From: an uncultured Pelagibacteraceae bacterium
GTDB taxonomy: Bacteria > Pseudomonadota > Alphaproteobacteria > Pelagibacterales > Pelagibacteraceae
Length of the DNA: 64,000 nucleotides
NCBI GenBank assembly: GCA_902527635.1
Contig: CABZPS010000002.1
Span: forward strand, 2,125 to 66,124
Direction of reading: 5' to 3'
In this document: piece by piece, positions 8,430-18,220 of the stretch
Numbering within the stretch: position 1 is the stretch's first letter
How the letters are laid out: every line of letters begins with the position of its first letter
Translations under genes and position numbers: made by a program
The notes under the pieces: model-generated
Told to the model about the DNA's origin: nothing
Databases searched by the model: none
Seen by the model: only the letters and a program-made list of their open reading frames with translations

Positions 8430-9749
8430 ATGGATGTTTTAAATAAGAATATTAGTAACATATTTTTTATTTTTGCAATTACACATTTAATAATTTGGAC
8501 AATGATTCCCTCATTGACAAATTCAAATTTGCCTCTTGATACAATAGAGGCACTAGCCTGGGGAAGCAATTTAGATTGGGGTTTCAACAAACACCCACCA
8601 ATGAGCGCTTTTTTTTCTGAGGTGTTTTATAATATATTTGGTTCTCAAGATTGGGCTTATTATCTTTTAAGTCAAATTTTTGTCGTTATATCATTCTATT
8701 TTATATTCAAATTTGCTTTTGAAATTTTAGGAAATATTAAATTAAGTTTAATTTCAGTTTTATTGTTAGAGGCTATTTATTTCTTTAATTTCACAACTCC
8801 AGAGTTTAATGTAAATGTATGTCAGTTACCATTTTGGTCTTTGGTTATTTATTACTCCTGGAAGATATATGATTCAAAAGAAATACAGTTTTATGATTGT
8901 TTTCTAATCGGATTGTTTGCTGCAATTGGTTTTCTCTCTAAATATTTGTTCGTTTATTTATTATTATCAGTGAGTTTATTATTTGTTTATGTTATTTATA
9001 AAAAATTTAAAAGCTTTGATTTTAAATATTTGATTATAGTTGAAATTTTTTTAGTTTTTTTAGTTCCACATTTAATTTGGTTGTTTGATAACGATTTTAT
9101 AACTGTTTTGTATGGTTTGAAAAGATCAGGGCTTGAAGAAACAGGAATTTTCAACCATCTAAAATATTCAATTACTTTTTTATTTAAACAACTTGGAATA
9201 CTAATACCATTTTTTCTCTTAATGTGGCTATTGATAAAAAAAATTGAAATTAAATTTAATTTTAATGATAGGAAGTTTCTTTTTTTGTTATCTATTAGTA
9301 TTTTACCAATTTTTTTAATATTTATTACTTCAGTTATTACAGGATCTAAAATTAGAACAATGTGGATGACACCTTTTTATTTACCCCTTGGAGTATTTTC
9401 TGTCTATATATTTAGGTCTCAAATAAATCTTAAAAAAATAAATTCTTTTTTAGTTGGGTTTTTATTTTTATTTTTTTTATCACCAAGCCTATACGCATAT
9501 ATTTCTATAACAAAAACTGATAAAAGAACTGATTATCCAGGTAAAGAGATTGCAGCCAAGGTTCAATTTACTTGGGAACAAGATTTTGAAAAAGAAATTG
9601 AATTTGTCACAGGAGATGAATGGAAGGCAGGTAATTTATCTTATCACTTAAAATCAAGACCAAGGTGGGAAGGGTTTACTAAAAAAGAAATTTTAAATAA
9701 ATCAAGTCAATTTATTTGTTTAGATGAAATTTGTTTAGGGAGATATTAA
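8430..9749 (+). CDS. GT-C membrane glycosyltransferase (GT39/GT83, ArnT/Rgt-like)
   Basis: Many TM segments; DTIEALAWG…KHPP, FLSKY, PHLIW motifs; start taken at MDVLNK. Confidence 0.75.
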   Translation: MDVLNKNISNIFFIFAITHLIIWTMIPSLTNSNLPLDTIEALAWGSNLDWGFNKHPPMSAFFSEVFYNIFGSQDWAYYLLSQIFVVISFYFIFKFAFEILGNIKLSLISVLLLEAIYFFNFTTPEFNVNVCQLPFWSLVIYYSWKIYDSKEIQFYDCFLIGLFAAIGFLSKYLFVYLLLSVSLLFVYVIYKKFKSFDFKYLIIVEIFLVFLVPHLIWLFDNDFITVLYGLKRSGLEETGIFNHLKYSITFLFKQLGILIPFFLLMWLLIKKIEIKFNFNDRKFLFLLSISILPIFLIFITSVITGSKIRTMWMTPFYLPLGVFSVYIFRSQINLKKINSFLVGFLFLFFLSPSLYAYISITKTDKRTDYPGKEIAAKVQFTWEQDFEKEIEFVTGDEWKAGNLSYHLKSRPRWEGFTKKEILNKSSQFICLDEICLGRY

Positions 9750-9756
9750 AAAAATT

Positions 9757-10626
9757 ATGAAAGTAAAAATTATAATCCCTATTTATAATGATTGGCAGTC
9801 AGTGTTCAAACTTTTCCAAGAAATTGACAATTTAAATATAGATAAAAATTTTGAGATATCCATTATTGCTGTTAACGATGCTTCAAACCATGATCGATCA
9901 AATAAGGAAATCAATTTTGATAATATTCAATCTATAAAGATTTTAAACATGAAAAAAAATCAAGGACATGCAAGATGTATAGCTACTGGATTGAAATATA
10001 TTTTGGATAAAGAGGAATTTGACTATGCAATACCAATGGATGGTGATGGTGAAGACAGACCAGAAGAAATTAAAGATTTTTTAAATCAAATTAAAGATAC
10101 AGATAGTGTTATAGTTGTGGGAGAGAGAATAAAAAGATCAGAGAGCTTATTATTTAAAATTTGTTATCAGTTACATAAGCTGATAACTTTAACTTTCACT
10201 GGTAAATCAATAAAATTTGGAAACTTTACTTGTTTACCAAAAAAGACAGTCGAAAATATGATTAATGAAAAAGCTACTTGGAATAGTTTTTCTGGCTCTT
10301 TATCAAAAATAGAAAATAATTTCATAAAAGTGCCATCAATCAGAGGAATTAGATATTTTGGACCATCAAAAATGAGTTTTTTAAATCTGATAAAACATTC
10401 ATTATCTATCATCAGTGTTTTTAAAAAAACTTTTTTAATACGTTCTGCTGTATTTGTAGTTTTATATATATTATTAATTAAAAGTAATGCCTCTGTGATA
10501 ACGGCGTTACCTTTGATATTCCTTCTAATAGCAGTTTATGCTGTATCAAATTTAGCATTAAGAGAGAATATAGATGAATTTAAAAATTCTTTAACTCAAA
10601 TAGACAGCATAGACAATATCAAATGA
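9757..10626 (+). CDS. GT2 polyprenyl-phosphate glycosyltransferase
   Basis: IIPIYND, VNDAS, NQGH, MDGDGED, R..G.SKM, two C-terminal TM helices. Confidence 0.8.
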   Translation: MKVKIIIPIYNDWQSVFKLFQEIDNLNIDKNFEISIIAVNDASNHDRSNKEINFDNIQSIKILNMKKNQGHARCIATGLKYILDKEEFDYAIPMDGDGEDRPEEIKDFLNQIKDTDSVIVVGERIKRSESLLFKICYQLHKLITLTFTGKSIKFGNFTCLPKKTVENMINEKATWNSFSGSLSKIENNFIKVPSIRGIRYFGPSKMSFLNLIKHSLSIISVFKKTFLIRSAVFVVLYILLIKSNASVITALPLIFLLIAVYAVSNLALRENIDEFKNSLTQIDSIDNIK

Positions 10627-13310
10627 AAAAAAGAGATCTTTATTACGAGCGTATTCCTACGAAGTTATTAAGAGAAAATGTAAGATATTTAGGAAATATT
10701 TTAGGAAGAGTGATCAAAGAACAAGAAGGACAAAAATTTTTTGAATTAGTTGAAAAAATAAGAAAACTTTCGAAAGCTAATAAAATTAATCCAAATATAA
10801 ATCAAACTAATCGAAAAGTGGTAAGAGCAATTAAAAATCTTAGCCCGAAAAATTCCTATAAGTTAACAAGAGCGTTTACTCACTTCATGAATTTTATGAA
10901 TTTAGCGGAATTAATAGATGCTTCTAGAAAATTAAATGAATATGAAAATAACAAAAAGAAAATTTCAAACAGTAACTTATTTATTGAAGAGATTTTTGAG
11001 GATCTTTTCAATAACAAAAATATTTCAGAAACAAAAATATATAATACTGCTAAAAATTTAAAAATAGGAGTTGTATTAACTGCTCATCCAACTGAGGTGA
11101 AGAGAAGAACTCTAATTCAAAAATATCATAATGTCATTGAGATACTTGAGCAAAGAGATCTTTTAAAAAATTTCCCGTCAAAATTAAAAATTTTGGATAA
11201 AAAACTTTATGATGAGTTGACGATTATATGGAATACAGACGAATTAAAAAGATTTAAACCATCACCATTTGATGAAGCAAGGTGGGGGCTTGCTGTAATA
11301 GAAGATAGTTTATGGGATACAATTCCAAAAGTTTATAGGAGACTAAATTCAATTTTCCTTCAGAATATGGATAAAGGCCTACCTAAAAATTTTAATCCAA
11401 TTGAGTTTGGTTCCTGGATGGGAGGTGATAGAGACGGTAACCCAAATGTTACAGCTGAAGTAACAAGAAAAGTAATTTTACTCTCAAGATGGGAGGCAGC
11501 AAAATTATATGAGAAGTCTTTAACAAAAATTATTAGATCTTACTCTATGATGAAATGTTCTAAAAAAATATCTAATAAAGTAGGTAAGTCATTTGAACCA
11601 TATAGAGTATTCTTGAGACCTTTAAGAGATAAGTTGAGAATTACCCATAGATCTATAGAACAACATTTAGTTAATAATAAACCCCTAGATCAAAAAAAAT
11701 TGTTAAGCTCAAGAGAGGAAATATTAAAGCCCTTAAGAGTAATAAGAGAGTCTCTTGAGCAAAATCAAAATGAAAATATTGCTAGTGGTGAATTATTAGA
11801 TTTAATGAGAAGAGCTAAATGCTTTGGTGTCAATTTAGCAAGATTAGATATTAGACAAGAGTCATCCAGACATAGTCAATTAATTAGTGAATACGTTAAA
11901 AAAAGATTTAATAAAAACTATTATAAATTCAGTGAAGATGAAAAGATCCAATTTTTAAAAAAACAAATAATTTCGAAAAAAAAACAAATAAATAATTTCC
12001 AATTTAAAAATAAAGAAAATAAAGAAGTTTGGTCAACTTTTAAGATTTTAGCTAAGGAGCCTAGTGAATGCTTGGGTGCGTATGTTATATCGATGACAAC
12101 ATCTGCATCAGATATTTTGTTGGTATCTTTTTTGCAAAAAGAATCAAATATTAAGAACAAATTGAGAGTTGTTCCTTTATTTGAAACTTTAGATGATCTT
12201 ATCAATGCTAAAGAGATCATGGAAAAATTATTTTCACAATCATGGTATAGAAGAATGATTAAAAACGATCAGGAAGTAATGATCGGATACTCCGACTCAA
12301 GTAAAGACGCTGGTAAAATATGTTCAAGTTGGCATCAATATAAAGCTCAGGAGGAAATTATAAAATTGGGTAATAAATTTAATATAAATGTTACTTTTTT
12401 TCATGGAAGGGGAGGTTCTCCTGGTAGAGGTGGTGGCCCTATTCAAGCAACGCTAAGATCGCAACCTCCAAATTCAGTAAACGGAAGAATTAGAATTACG
12501 GATCAAGGTGAGGTTATACAGCAAAAATATGGTTACGAACCTTTAGCTAAATATAATTTGTGTAGTTATATAGGAGCTGTTGCTGAGGCTACCTTAAATC
12601 CTCCACCTCATCCAAAAAAAAATTGGAGATCTTTAATAGAAAAAATGTCAGAAATATCAAAAAATTCATACAGAAAAAATATCAATCAAAATTCTGAATT
12701 TATAAAATATTTTAAGACAGTAACTCCTCACAAGGCTCTTGGTAAACTATCGATTGGATCAAGACCCTCAAAAAGAAAAAATGTTGATAACATTAAAAGT
12801 TTAAGAGCAATCCCCTGGGTGTTTGCTTGGACACAAATTAGACTAATGCTTCCAGCATGGCTCGGAAGTGCTGAAGCTTTAAGATATTCATACATTAATC
12901 AATTTAGAAAAACTCTATTTGACATGGAGAGAAATTGGCCATTTTTTAATTCAATGCTTGATATGCTTGATATGGTTATCTCAAAAGCAGATCCAGAGAT
13001 ATCAAAAATTTATGAGGAATATTTAGCAGATGAAAGTTTAAAAAGGGTTGGGCAGAAACTTAGATTTCAATTTGATGTGATTAAAAAACTAAATAAGAAA
13101 ATAACACCTAAAGAAATAATTGCATCGAGAAAACAGTTTAGATCACCAATCATAATTAGAAATATATATTCTGAAGTTTTAAATATAATACAACCAATAG
13201 TGATCAAGAAAATTAAAAATACTAAAAATAAAAAAGATAAAGAATATTTAAATGATGCTTTATTGACTTCAATAGCAGGTATTTCTGCTGCTATGAAAAA
13301 TACTGGTTGA
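10623..13310 (+). CDS. ppc: Phosphoenolpyruvate carboxylase
   Basis: VLTAHPTE, WMGGDRDGNP, MIGYSDSSKDAG, FHGRGG, LRAIPWVF, C-terminal MKNTG. Confidence 0.97.
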   Translation: MKKRDLYYERIPTKLLRENVRYLGNILGRVIKEQEGQKFFELVEKIRKLSKANKINPNINQTNRKVVRAIKNLSPKNSYKLTRAFTHFMNFMNLAELIDASRKLNEYENNKKKISNSNLFIEEIFEDLFNNKNISETKIYNTAKNLKIGVVLTAHPTEVKRRTLIQKYHNVIEILEQRDLLKNFPSKLKILDKKLYDELTIIWNTDELKRFKPSPFDEARWGLAVIEDSLWDTIPKVYRRLNSIFLQNMDKGLPKNFNPIEFGSWMGGDRDGNPNVTAEVTRKVILLSRWEAAKLYEKSLTKIIRSYSMMKCSKKISNKVGKSFEPYRVFLRPLRDKLRITHRSIEQHLVNNKPLDQKKLLSSREEILKPLRVIRESLEQNQNENIASGELLDLMRRAKCFGVNLARLDIRQESSRHSQLISEYVKKRFNKNYYKFSEDEKIQFLKKQIISKKKQINNFQFKNKENKEVWSTFKILAKEPSECLGAYVISMTTSASDILLVSFLQKESNIKNKLRVVPLFETLDDLINAKEIMEKLFSQSWYRRMIKNDQEVMIGYSDSSKDAGKICSSWHQYKAQEEIIKLGNKFNINVTFFHGRGGSPGRGGGPIQATLRSQPPNSVNGRIRITDQGEVIQQKYGYEPLAKYNLCSYIGAVAEATLNPPPHPKKNWRSLIEKMSEISKNSYRKNINQNSEFIKYFKTVTPHKALGKLSIGSRPSKRKNVDNIKSLRAIPWVFAWTQIRLMLPAWLGSAEALRYSYINQFRKTLFDMERNWPFFNSMLDMLDMVISKADPEISKIYEEYLADESLKRVGQKLRFQFDVIKKLNKKITPKEIIASRKQFRSPIIIRNIYSEVLNIIQPIVIKKIKNTKNKKDKEYLNDALLTSIAGISAAMKNTG

Positions 13311-13333
13311 TGTTTTTAAAAAGTCTTTATTTT

Positions 13334-14614
13334 TTATCTAACCTTAATTGTTGGTAAACAATAAAAATCAGCAGTATCTATTTTAGATGAATATTGTCTT
13401 CTCATATTCCATTTTTTATGAACTCCAGCGCTTGCAAGACTTAAAGTTGATCTACCATATCTATAATTAGTATTATCAATTGATTGCATTAAAGTTTTTA
13501 TTTTTTCATCTTTTTCTGATGAGAATAAATTTTTCCTACCATCATCATCTCGTAATCCTGTAAGCATAACTCCTGCTTTTTGATAACGACAGCCGTTCCT
13601 AAATATACTCTCAAGTATTACGATTGCAGTTTTAACAGTCTCAAGACTATTGTTAGTTGCAATTGGAAAGTCGATAGTTTTTGAATTTGAATAATAACCA
13701 TAATCTCTTTGGAAAGGACTGGTTCTAACAAATACAGTAATCGCCTTTGCAACTAAAGACTCTGATCTAATTTTTTCAGAAGCATTCAAACAATAATTAG
13801 CAACTGCTTCTTTTAATTCTTGAAAACTTTCAATTCTTTTACCAAATGATCTTGAAACGACACAACTCTTTCTTTTTGTTTGTGTAGTCTCTAAGTCAAT
13901 ACAAGGAACTCCTCTAAGTTCCATTGCAGTTCTTGAGCTTAAAACATTAGAACATTTTTTAATCCAGGTATTAGATTTATTCTTAAGTTGTTTAGCATTA
14001 TAAATTCCATTCTTTTGATAAAACTTTGTAAGCTGTCTACCAACACCCCATACATCATTAATTTCAACTTTTTCTAAAATTGGGTCTAAATTTTCAATAC
14101 CAATTAAACTTGTTACTCCTGATTGTTTTTTCTTTGCAATATGATTTGCAACTTTACTTAAAGTTTTAGTTTTAGCAATTCCAATACTAGTTGGGATCCC
14201 AGTCCATTGTAAAACTGTTTGTCTAATTTCCTTTCCAACTTTTTCAACCTCTGAGTCTGGAAAATTGGATAAATCTATAAATGCCTCATCAATTGAATAA
14301 ACCTCTATTTCAGTATTAAACCTTTTAAGAGTTCTCATTACTCTCCTAGATAAATCTCCATATAACGAATAATTTGATGAAAAAACTTCAACCTTATTTT
14401 TTACAATAATATTTTTTGCTTTAAAATAAGGTTCGCCCATTTTAATTCCCAAAGCTTTTGCTTCATTGGATCTAGAAATGATACAACCATCATTATTGGA
14501 TAAAACTACAACAGGTTTTTTTCTTACTTTTGGATTGAATAATCTTTCACAAGAAACATAGAAAGAATTACAATCAACTAAGCCTATCTTTTTAGTACGT
14601 AGAATGGATGACAT
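13334..14614 (-). CDS. umuC: Y-family DNA polymerase V subunit UmuC
   Basis: DCNSFYVSCE, VLSNNDGC, YSIDEAF, DVWGVG, SRSFG, YQKAGV. Confidence 0.93.
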   Translation of the reverse strand: MSSILRTKKIGLVDCNSFYVSCERLFNPKVRKKPVVVLSNNDGCIISRSNEAKALGIKMGEPYFKAKNIIVKNKVEVFSSNYSLYGDLSRRVMRTLKRFNTEIEVYSIDEAFIDLSNFPDSEVEKVGKEIRQTVLQWTGIPTSIGIAKTKTLSKVANHIAKKKQSGVTSLIGIENLDPILEKVEINDVWGVGRQLTKFYQKNGIYNAKQLKNKSNTWIKKCSNVLSSRTAMELRGVPCIDLETTQTKRKSCVVSRSFGKRIESFQELKEAVANYCLNASEKIRSESLVAKAITVFVRTSPFQRDYGYYSNSKTIDFPIATNNSLETVKTAIVILESIFRNGCRYQKAGVMLTGLRDDDGRKNLFSSEKDEKIKTLMQSIDNTNYRYGRSTLSLASAGVHKKWNMRRQYSSKIDTADFYCLPTIKVR

Positions 14615-14987
14615 AAGTCACAACCCCCCAGATGAAAACATCTTCCTCTTCATTAATTAAAATTCTATTAGAAAAATCTTTAGAGCCAGAGGATAGAAAC
14701 TTTTTATCTTTTTCTTGAACTAAAGTTTTAACCACAAGTTCATCATGAACATTTGCAATAACAGTTGAAAAGTTTTTTGGTTTTAAACTTTTATCGACAA
14801 CCAATAAGTCTCCGTCGTTGATCCCAACATCCACCATGGATTTTCCCTGTACTCTGATAATGAAAGTGGCTGGAACATTTTTGATTAAATGCATGTTTAG
14901 ATCGATATCTTCTTCGATATAATCAGTAGCAGGTGACGGGAAACCAGCACCTGCTTTATGCAGATAATAGGGAATAGTTAGTTTCAT
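14592..14987 (-). CDS. umuD: UmuD (peptidase S24 autocleaving subunit)
   Basis: AGFPSPA cleavage site, GKSM serine, VVK lysine, IWGVVT; start moved to MKLTIPY. Confidence 0.9.
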   Translation of the reverse strand: MKLTIPYYLHKAGAGFPSPATDYIEEDIDLNMHLIKNVPATFIIRVQGKSMVDVGINDGDLLVVDKSLKPKNFSTVIANVHDELVVKTLVQEKDKKFLSSGSKDFSNRILINEEEDVFIWGVVTYVIHSTY

Positions 14988-15034
14988 GTTCTTGTTTTGT
15001 TCTAATTTATAGCCCATTTATACAATGCACGCAA
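14988..15034 (-). promoter_or_regulatory. umuD promoter with alphaproteobacterial LexA (SOS) box
   Basis: Minus strand TTGCGT-N17-TATAAA followed by GAAC-AAAACAA-GAAC (14988-15002) abutting the ATG. Confidence 0.8.
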
Positions 15035-15151
15035 GAGGTTGTATTTTGAGTCCGTAATTGAATCAAAAGTGAATCAAAACGTGAACATCAAAACTATATT
15101 TTGTATGCTTGTAGATAACTTCAACCAGAGATAGTTTAAATTAGTATCGAT

Positions 15152-15520
15152 ATGAAAAAACTTACATGCCACTGTGGAGAGATAGAAATTCAGATTAATT
15201 TAAAAAAAGAAATAAATGAATTGATGAGATGTAATTGTTCTATGTGTAAAAGAAAAGGGACGATGGTCGCAACAATTGATAGAAAAGATTTAAAAGTTGT
15301 AAAAGGACATGATAAAATTAAAACCTATCAATTTAATACAAATGTAGCTAAGCATCATTTTTGTTCAGAATGTGGAACTCATACTCATAACTTAAGAAGA
15401 AGTAATCCAAATACTTTTGGCTTTAATGTAGGATGCATTGATGAAATAGAACCAAATAGATTATTTAAATTAAAGACTTTTGTAAATGACGGGCAAAACC
15501 ATATAAAGGATAAAAAATAA
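15152..15520 (+). CDS. GFA / CENP-V family zinc protein (copy 1)
   Basis: CHCG, CNCSMC, HHFCSECG. Confidence 0.88.
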   Translation: MKKLTCHCGEIEIQINLKKEINELMRCNCSMCKRKGTMVATIDRKDLKVVKGHDKIKTYQFNTNVAKHHFCSECGTHTHNLRRSNPNTFGFNVGCIDEIEPNRLFKLKTFVNDGQNHIKDKK

Positions 15521-15521
15521 A

Positions 15522-15884
15522 ATGAAAAAATTAGTATGCCATTGTGGAGCTATTGAAGCTGAAATTAATTTAGTTGGTGATTTAGCTAAAGTAATAAAAT
15601 GCAATTGTTCTATTTGTAAAAGAAAAGGAGCAATTATGTCAATGGTAAAAAATGAGGATTTCGAAATTGTTAAAGGCAAGGATAAATTAAAACTTTATCA
15701 ATTTCATTCAAAAGTTGCCAAACATTACTTTTGTTCTGAGTGTGGAATTTATACTCATCATAATCCAAGAATTAATCCTGCTATGACTGGATTTAATGTT
15801 GGGTGTGTTGATGAAATAAACACTTTTGAAATGAAGGATGTTCCGGTGAACGATGGTCAAAATCATCCATTAGATAAAAAATAA
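15522..15884 (+). CDS. GFA / CENP-V family zinc protein (copy 2)
   Basis: CHCG, CNCSIC, HYFCSECG. Confidence 0.88.
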   Translation: MKKLVCHCGAIEAEINLVGDLAKVIKCNCSICKRKGAIMSMVKNEDFEIVKGKDKLKLYQFHSKVAKHYFCSECGIYTHHNPRINPAMTGFNVGCVDEINTFEMKDVPVNDGQNHPLDKK

Positions 15885-15889
15885 TTTTC

Positions 15890-16819
15890 ATGCAACAATT
15901 TATTTTATGCTTTGATGAAGTAAAAAATGATTGTTTAAAGTTTATTAAATCACAAGAAACAAAAGCTGATAAATTTAAAAATAAAGAAAGAATGGTTAAG
16001 TCATTCTTAATTCCACTGTGCTTTTGGATAAATAGTAAAGCAGATAAGAAAAAACCCTATTTTGTTGGTTTAGCTGGGGGACAGGGTACAGGCAAAACGA
16101 CAACGAGCTCTTTAATTAAAATAATTTTAAGTAAATACTTTAAATTAAATGTTTTCAGAATTTCAATAGACGATTTTTATAAAACAAGAAAAGAGCGAAT
16201 AAGCCTATCAAAAAGAGTTCACCCTATGCTTTTGACAAGAGGAGTTCCTGGAACACATGATATAAATATGATTTTAAATTTCTTTAGAAAGTCAAAAAGT
16301 AAGAAATTTAAAAGATTAAAATTACCAACATTTAATAAAGCTATAGATGATAGATTTAATAAAAAATACTGGTACGACTTAAAAGAAAGACCAGACGTAA
16401 TTATATTTGAAGGATGGTGTGTAGGAGCGAAATCTGAAAAAAATAGTTCATTAAAGAAAACAATCAATTCAATGGAAAAAGCCAAAGATCAAAAACAGAT
16501 CTGGAGAAAATATGTTAACGATCAATTGAAATCAAAATATAAAAAACTATATTCCCAATTGAATTGTTTAATCTATTTAAAAGCAAAAAATTTCAGTTTG
16601 CTCCAAAAATGGAGATTAAAACAAGAGAGAAAACTTTGGGAAAAAAGTAAAGTAAAATCCAACTCAAAGATCATGAGTAGAGTAGATGTAATTAATTTTA
16701 TGCAAACGTATCAAAGAATTACGCAAAATATGTTCAAGAATATGCCTAAATATGCATCAATTATATTCAATTTAAATAGTAACCATCAGATCAAATCTGC
16801 ATTATATAGAAACAAATGA
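15890..16819 (+). CDS. P-loop kinase, D-glycerate 3-kinase (GLYK)-like
   Basis: GGQGTGKTT, SIDDFY, RGVPGTHD, FEGWCVG, WRLKQE. Confidence 0.7.
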   Translation: MQQFILCFDEVKNDCLKFIKSQETKADKFKNKERMVKSFLIPLCFWINSKADKKKPYFVGLAGGQGTGKTTTSSLIKIILSKYFKLNVFRISIDDFYKTRKERISLSKRVHPMLLTRGVPGTHDINMILNFFRKSKSKKFKRLKLPTFNKAIDDRFNKKYWYDLKERPDVIIFEGWCVGAKSEKNSSLKKTINSMEKAKDQKQIWRKYVNDQLKSKYKKLYSQLNCLIYLKAKNFSLLQKWRLKQERKLWEKSKVKSNSKIMSRVDVINFMQTYQRITQNMFKNMPKYASIIFNLNSNHQIKSALYRNK

Positions 16820-18114
16820 AAAAATTTTTAATTATCATTTTTAGTAATATATTTATAATTTCTAATTTAAGTGCTGAAACATTCACTGAAGCTCTAAAAA
16901 AAGCTTATAAAAATAATTCTGAATTAAACGCTGAAAGAGAAAATATTAGTATTTCAGAGCAAGAACTTAAAATCTCAATGAGCTCGTATTTTCCAACAAT
17001 TACCTTGGAGGGATCAAAGAGCCAAGATGAGACTGACAAATTAACAAATAGAAATGGGTCAAATGCTACAATTACTGATGTAGACACAGAAACTAAATCT
17101 ATTTCAGTTACTCAAACATTATTTGATTTTGGTAGAGGTGCTGATTTGTCAAAAAGCAAAATTGGTATCAACTTAACAAAAGCAAAACTTTTAAGAAAAG
17201 AGCAAGATATTCTATACAAAACTGTAGCAGCATATACTGGATTAATCTCAGCTAATGAAAAATTAGAAATTAATAGAGCTAACGTTGAGCTTCTAAGCAG
17301 ACAAGTTGAAACTGATAGAATTAGACTTGAGAGAGGTCAAGTTAGTTTATCTGACGTTTCACAATCAGAGTCATCGTTAGCTGGTGCTGAGGCAAGTTTT
17401 ATTCAAGCACAGAGCAATCTTTTAACCAGCAAGTTGAATTATGAAAATATTATTGGACCTTTAGGTAATGCTCAGTCATTAGATAAAAGTTCAATAATTA
17501 GTTACCAAATACCGGGAAGTTTAAATTCAGCTATAGAACAATCTAAAAAAAGCAACCCAGATTTAATTATTGCTGAAATGGAATATGAACAATCGAAAGA
17601 GGATACGTCGATTGCGAGATCAGAATTGGTACCAACTGCTAAGTTATCTTTAGAAAAGTCCTATTCAGATGACTTGAGCGCTACTTACGATGAGAGAGAT
17701 AAAGAAACTTTAAAAGCAACTGTTACTTGGCCATTTTATTCAGGTGGAAAAAATCTGGCATCGTTAAATAAAAACAAAAATATAGAAAATAGATCACGTT
17801 TAACTTTAGATAGTGAGATTAAACAAAATCAAACTAATGTAGCAAGCGCCTGGTCAAACTTTCAATCAAATAAAAGTTTACTTAACTCTGTTCAATTGCA
17901 AGTAAGAGCAGCAGAGATTGCTAATGAGGGTATCACAGCAGAATATAATAGTGGTTCTTCTGGCAGAACTACTCTTGAAGTCATTCAATCTAACTCTCTT
18001 TTATTGAATGCTCAAATTTCTTTAGCCGACTCTGAGAGAAACTTTATTCTTTCTCAGTTTAATTTGCTTAAGTCTATCGGTTTACTCAACAGTGATTATC
18101 TAAAATTACGATAA
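16816..18114 (+). CDS. TolC family outer membrane protein
   Basis: Signal peptide, repeated OEP helices, QTLFDFG, WPFYSGG, GRTTLEV. Confidence 0.85.
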   Translation: MKKFLIIIFSNIFIISNLSAETFTEALKKAYKNNSELNAERENISISEQELKISMSSYFPTITLEGSKSQDETDKLTNRNGSNATITDVDTETKSISVTQTLFDFGRGADLSKSKIGINLTKAKLLRKEQDILYKTVAAYTGLISANEKLEINRANVELLSRQVETDRIRLERGQVSLSDVSQSESSLAGAEASFIQAQSNLLTSKLNYENIIGPLGNAQSLDKSSIISYQIPGSLNSAIEQSKKSNPDLIIAEMEYEQSKEDTSIARSELVPTAKLSLEKSYSDDLSATYDERDKETLKATVTWPFYSGGKNLASLNKNKNIENRSRLTLDSEIKQNQTNVASAWSNFQSNKSLLNSVQLQVRAAEIANEGITAEYNSGSSGRTTLEVIQSNSLLLNAQISLADSERNFILSQFNLLKSIGLLNSDYLKLR

Positions 18115-18146
18115 AAAGAGGCTTTTTATGCTAAAATAAATAAATC

Positions 18147-18174
18147 TTGCTAATGAGAACAAAATGTGTACATT
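18147..18174 (+). promoter_or_regulatory. recA promoter with LexA box
   Basis: TTGCTA-N16-TACATT enclosing GAAC-AAAATGT-GTAC (18157-18171). Confidence 0.75.
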
Positions 18175-18220
18175 TAATTTATGATTCGAGTGTTAAAAAA
18201 CGTAAAAAAAAAGGCAAAAA

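Noticed and set aside
13334-15884. umuDC plus GFA genes as a mobile element or prophage remnant
   Set aside because: No integrase, transposase, tRNA or flanking repeats; composition matches the surroundings and the promoter has a host-type LexA box
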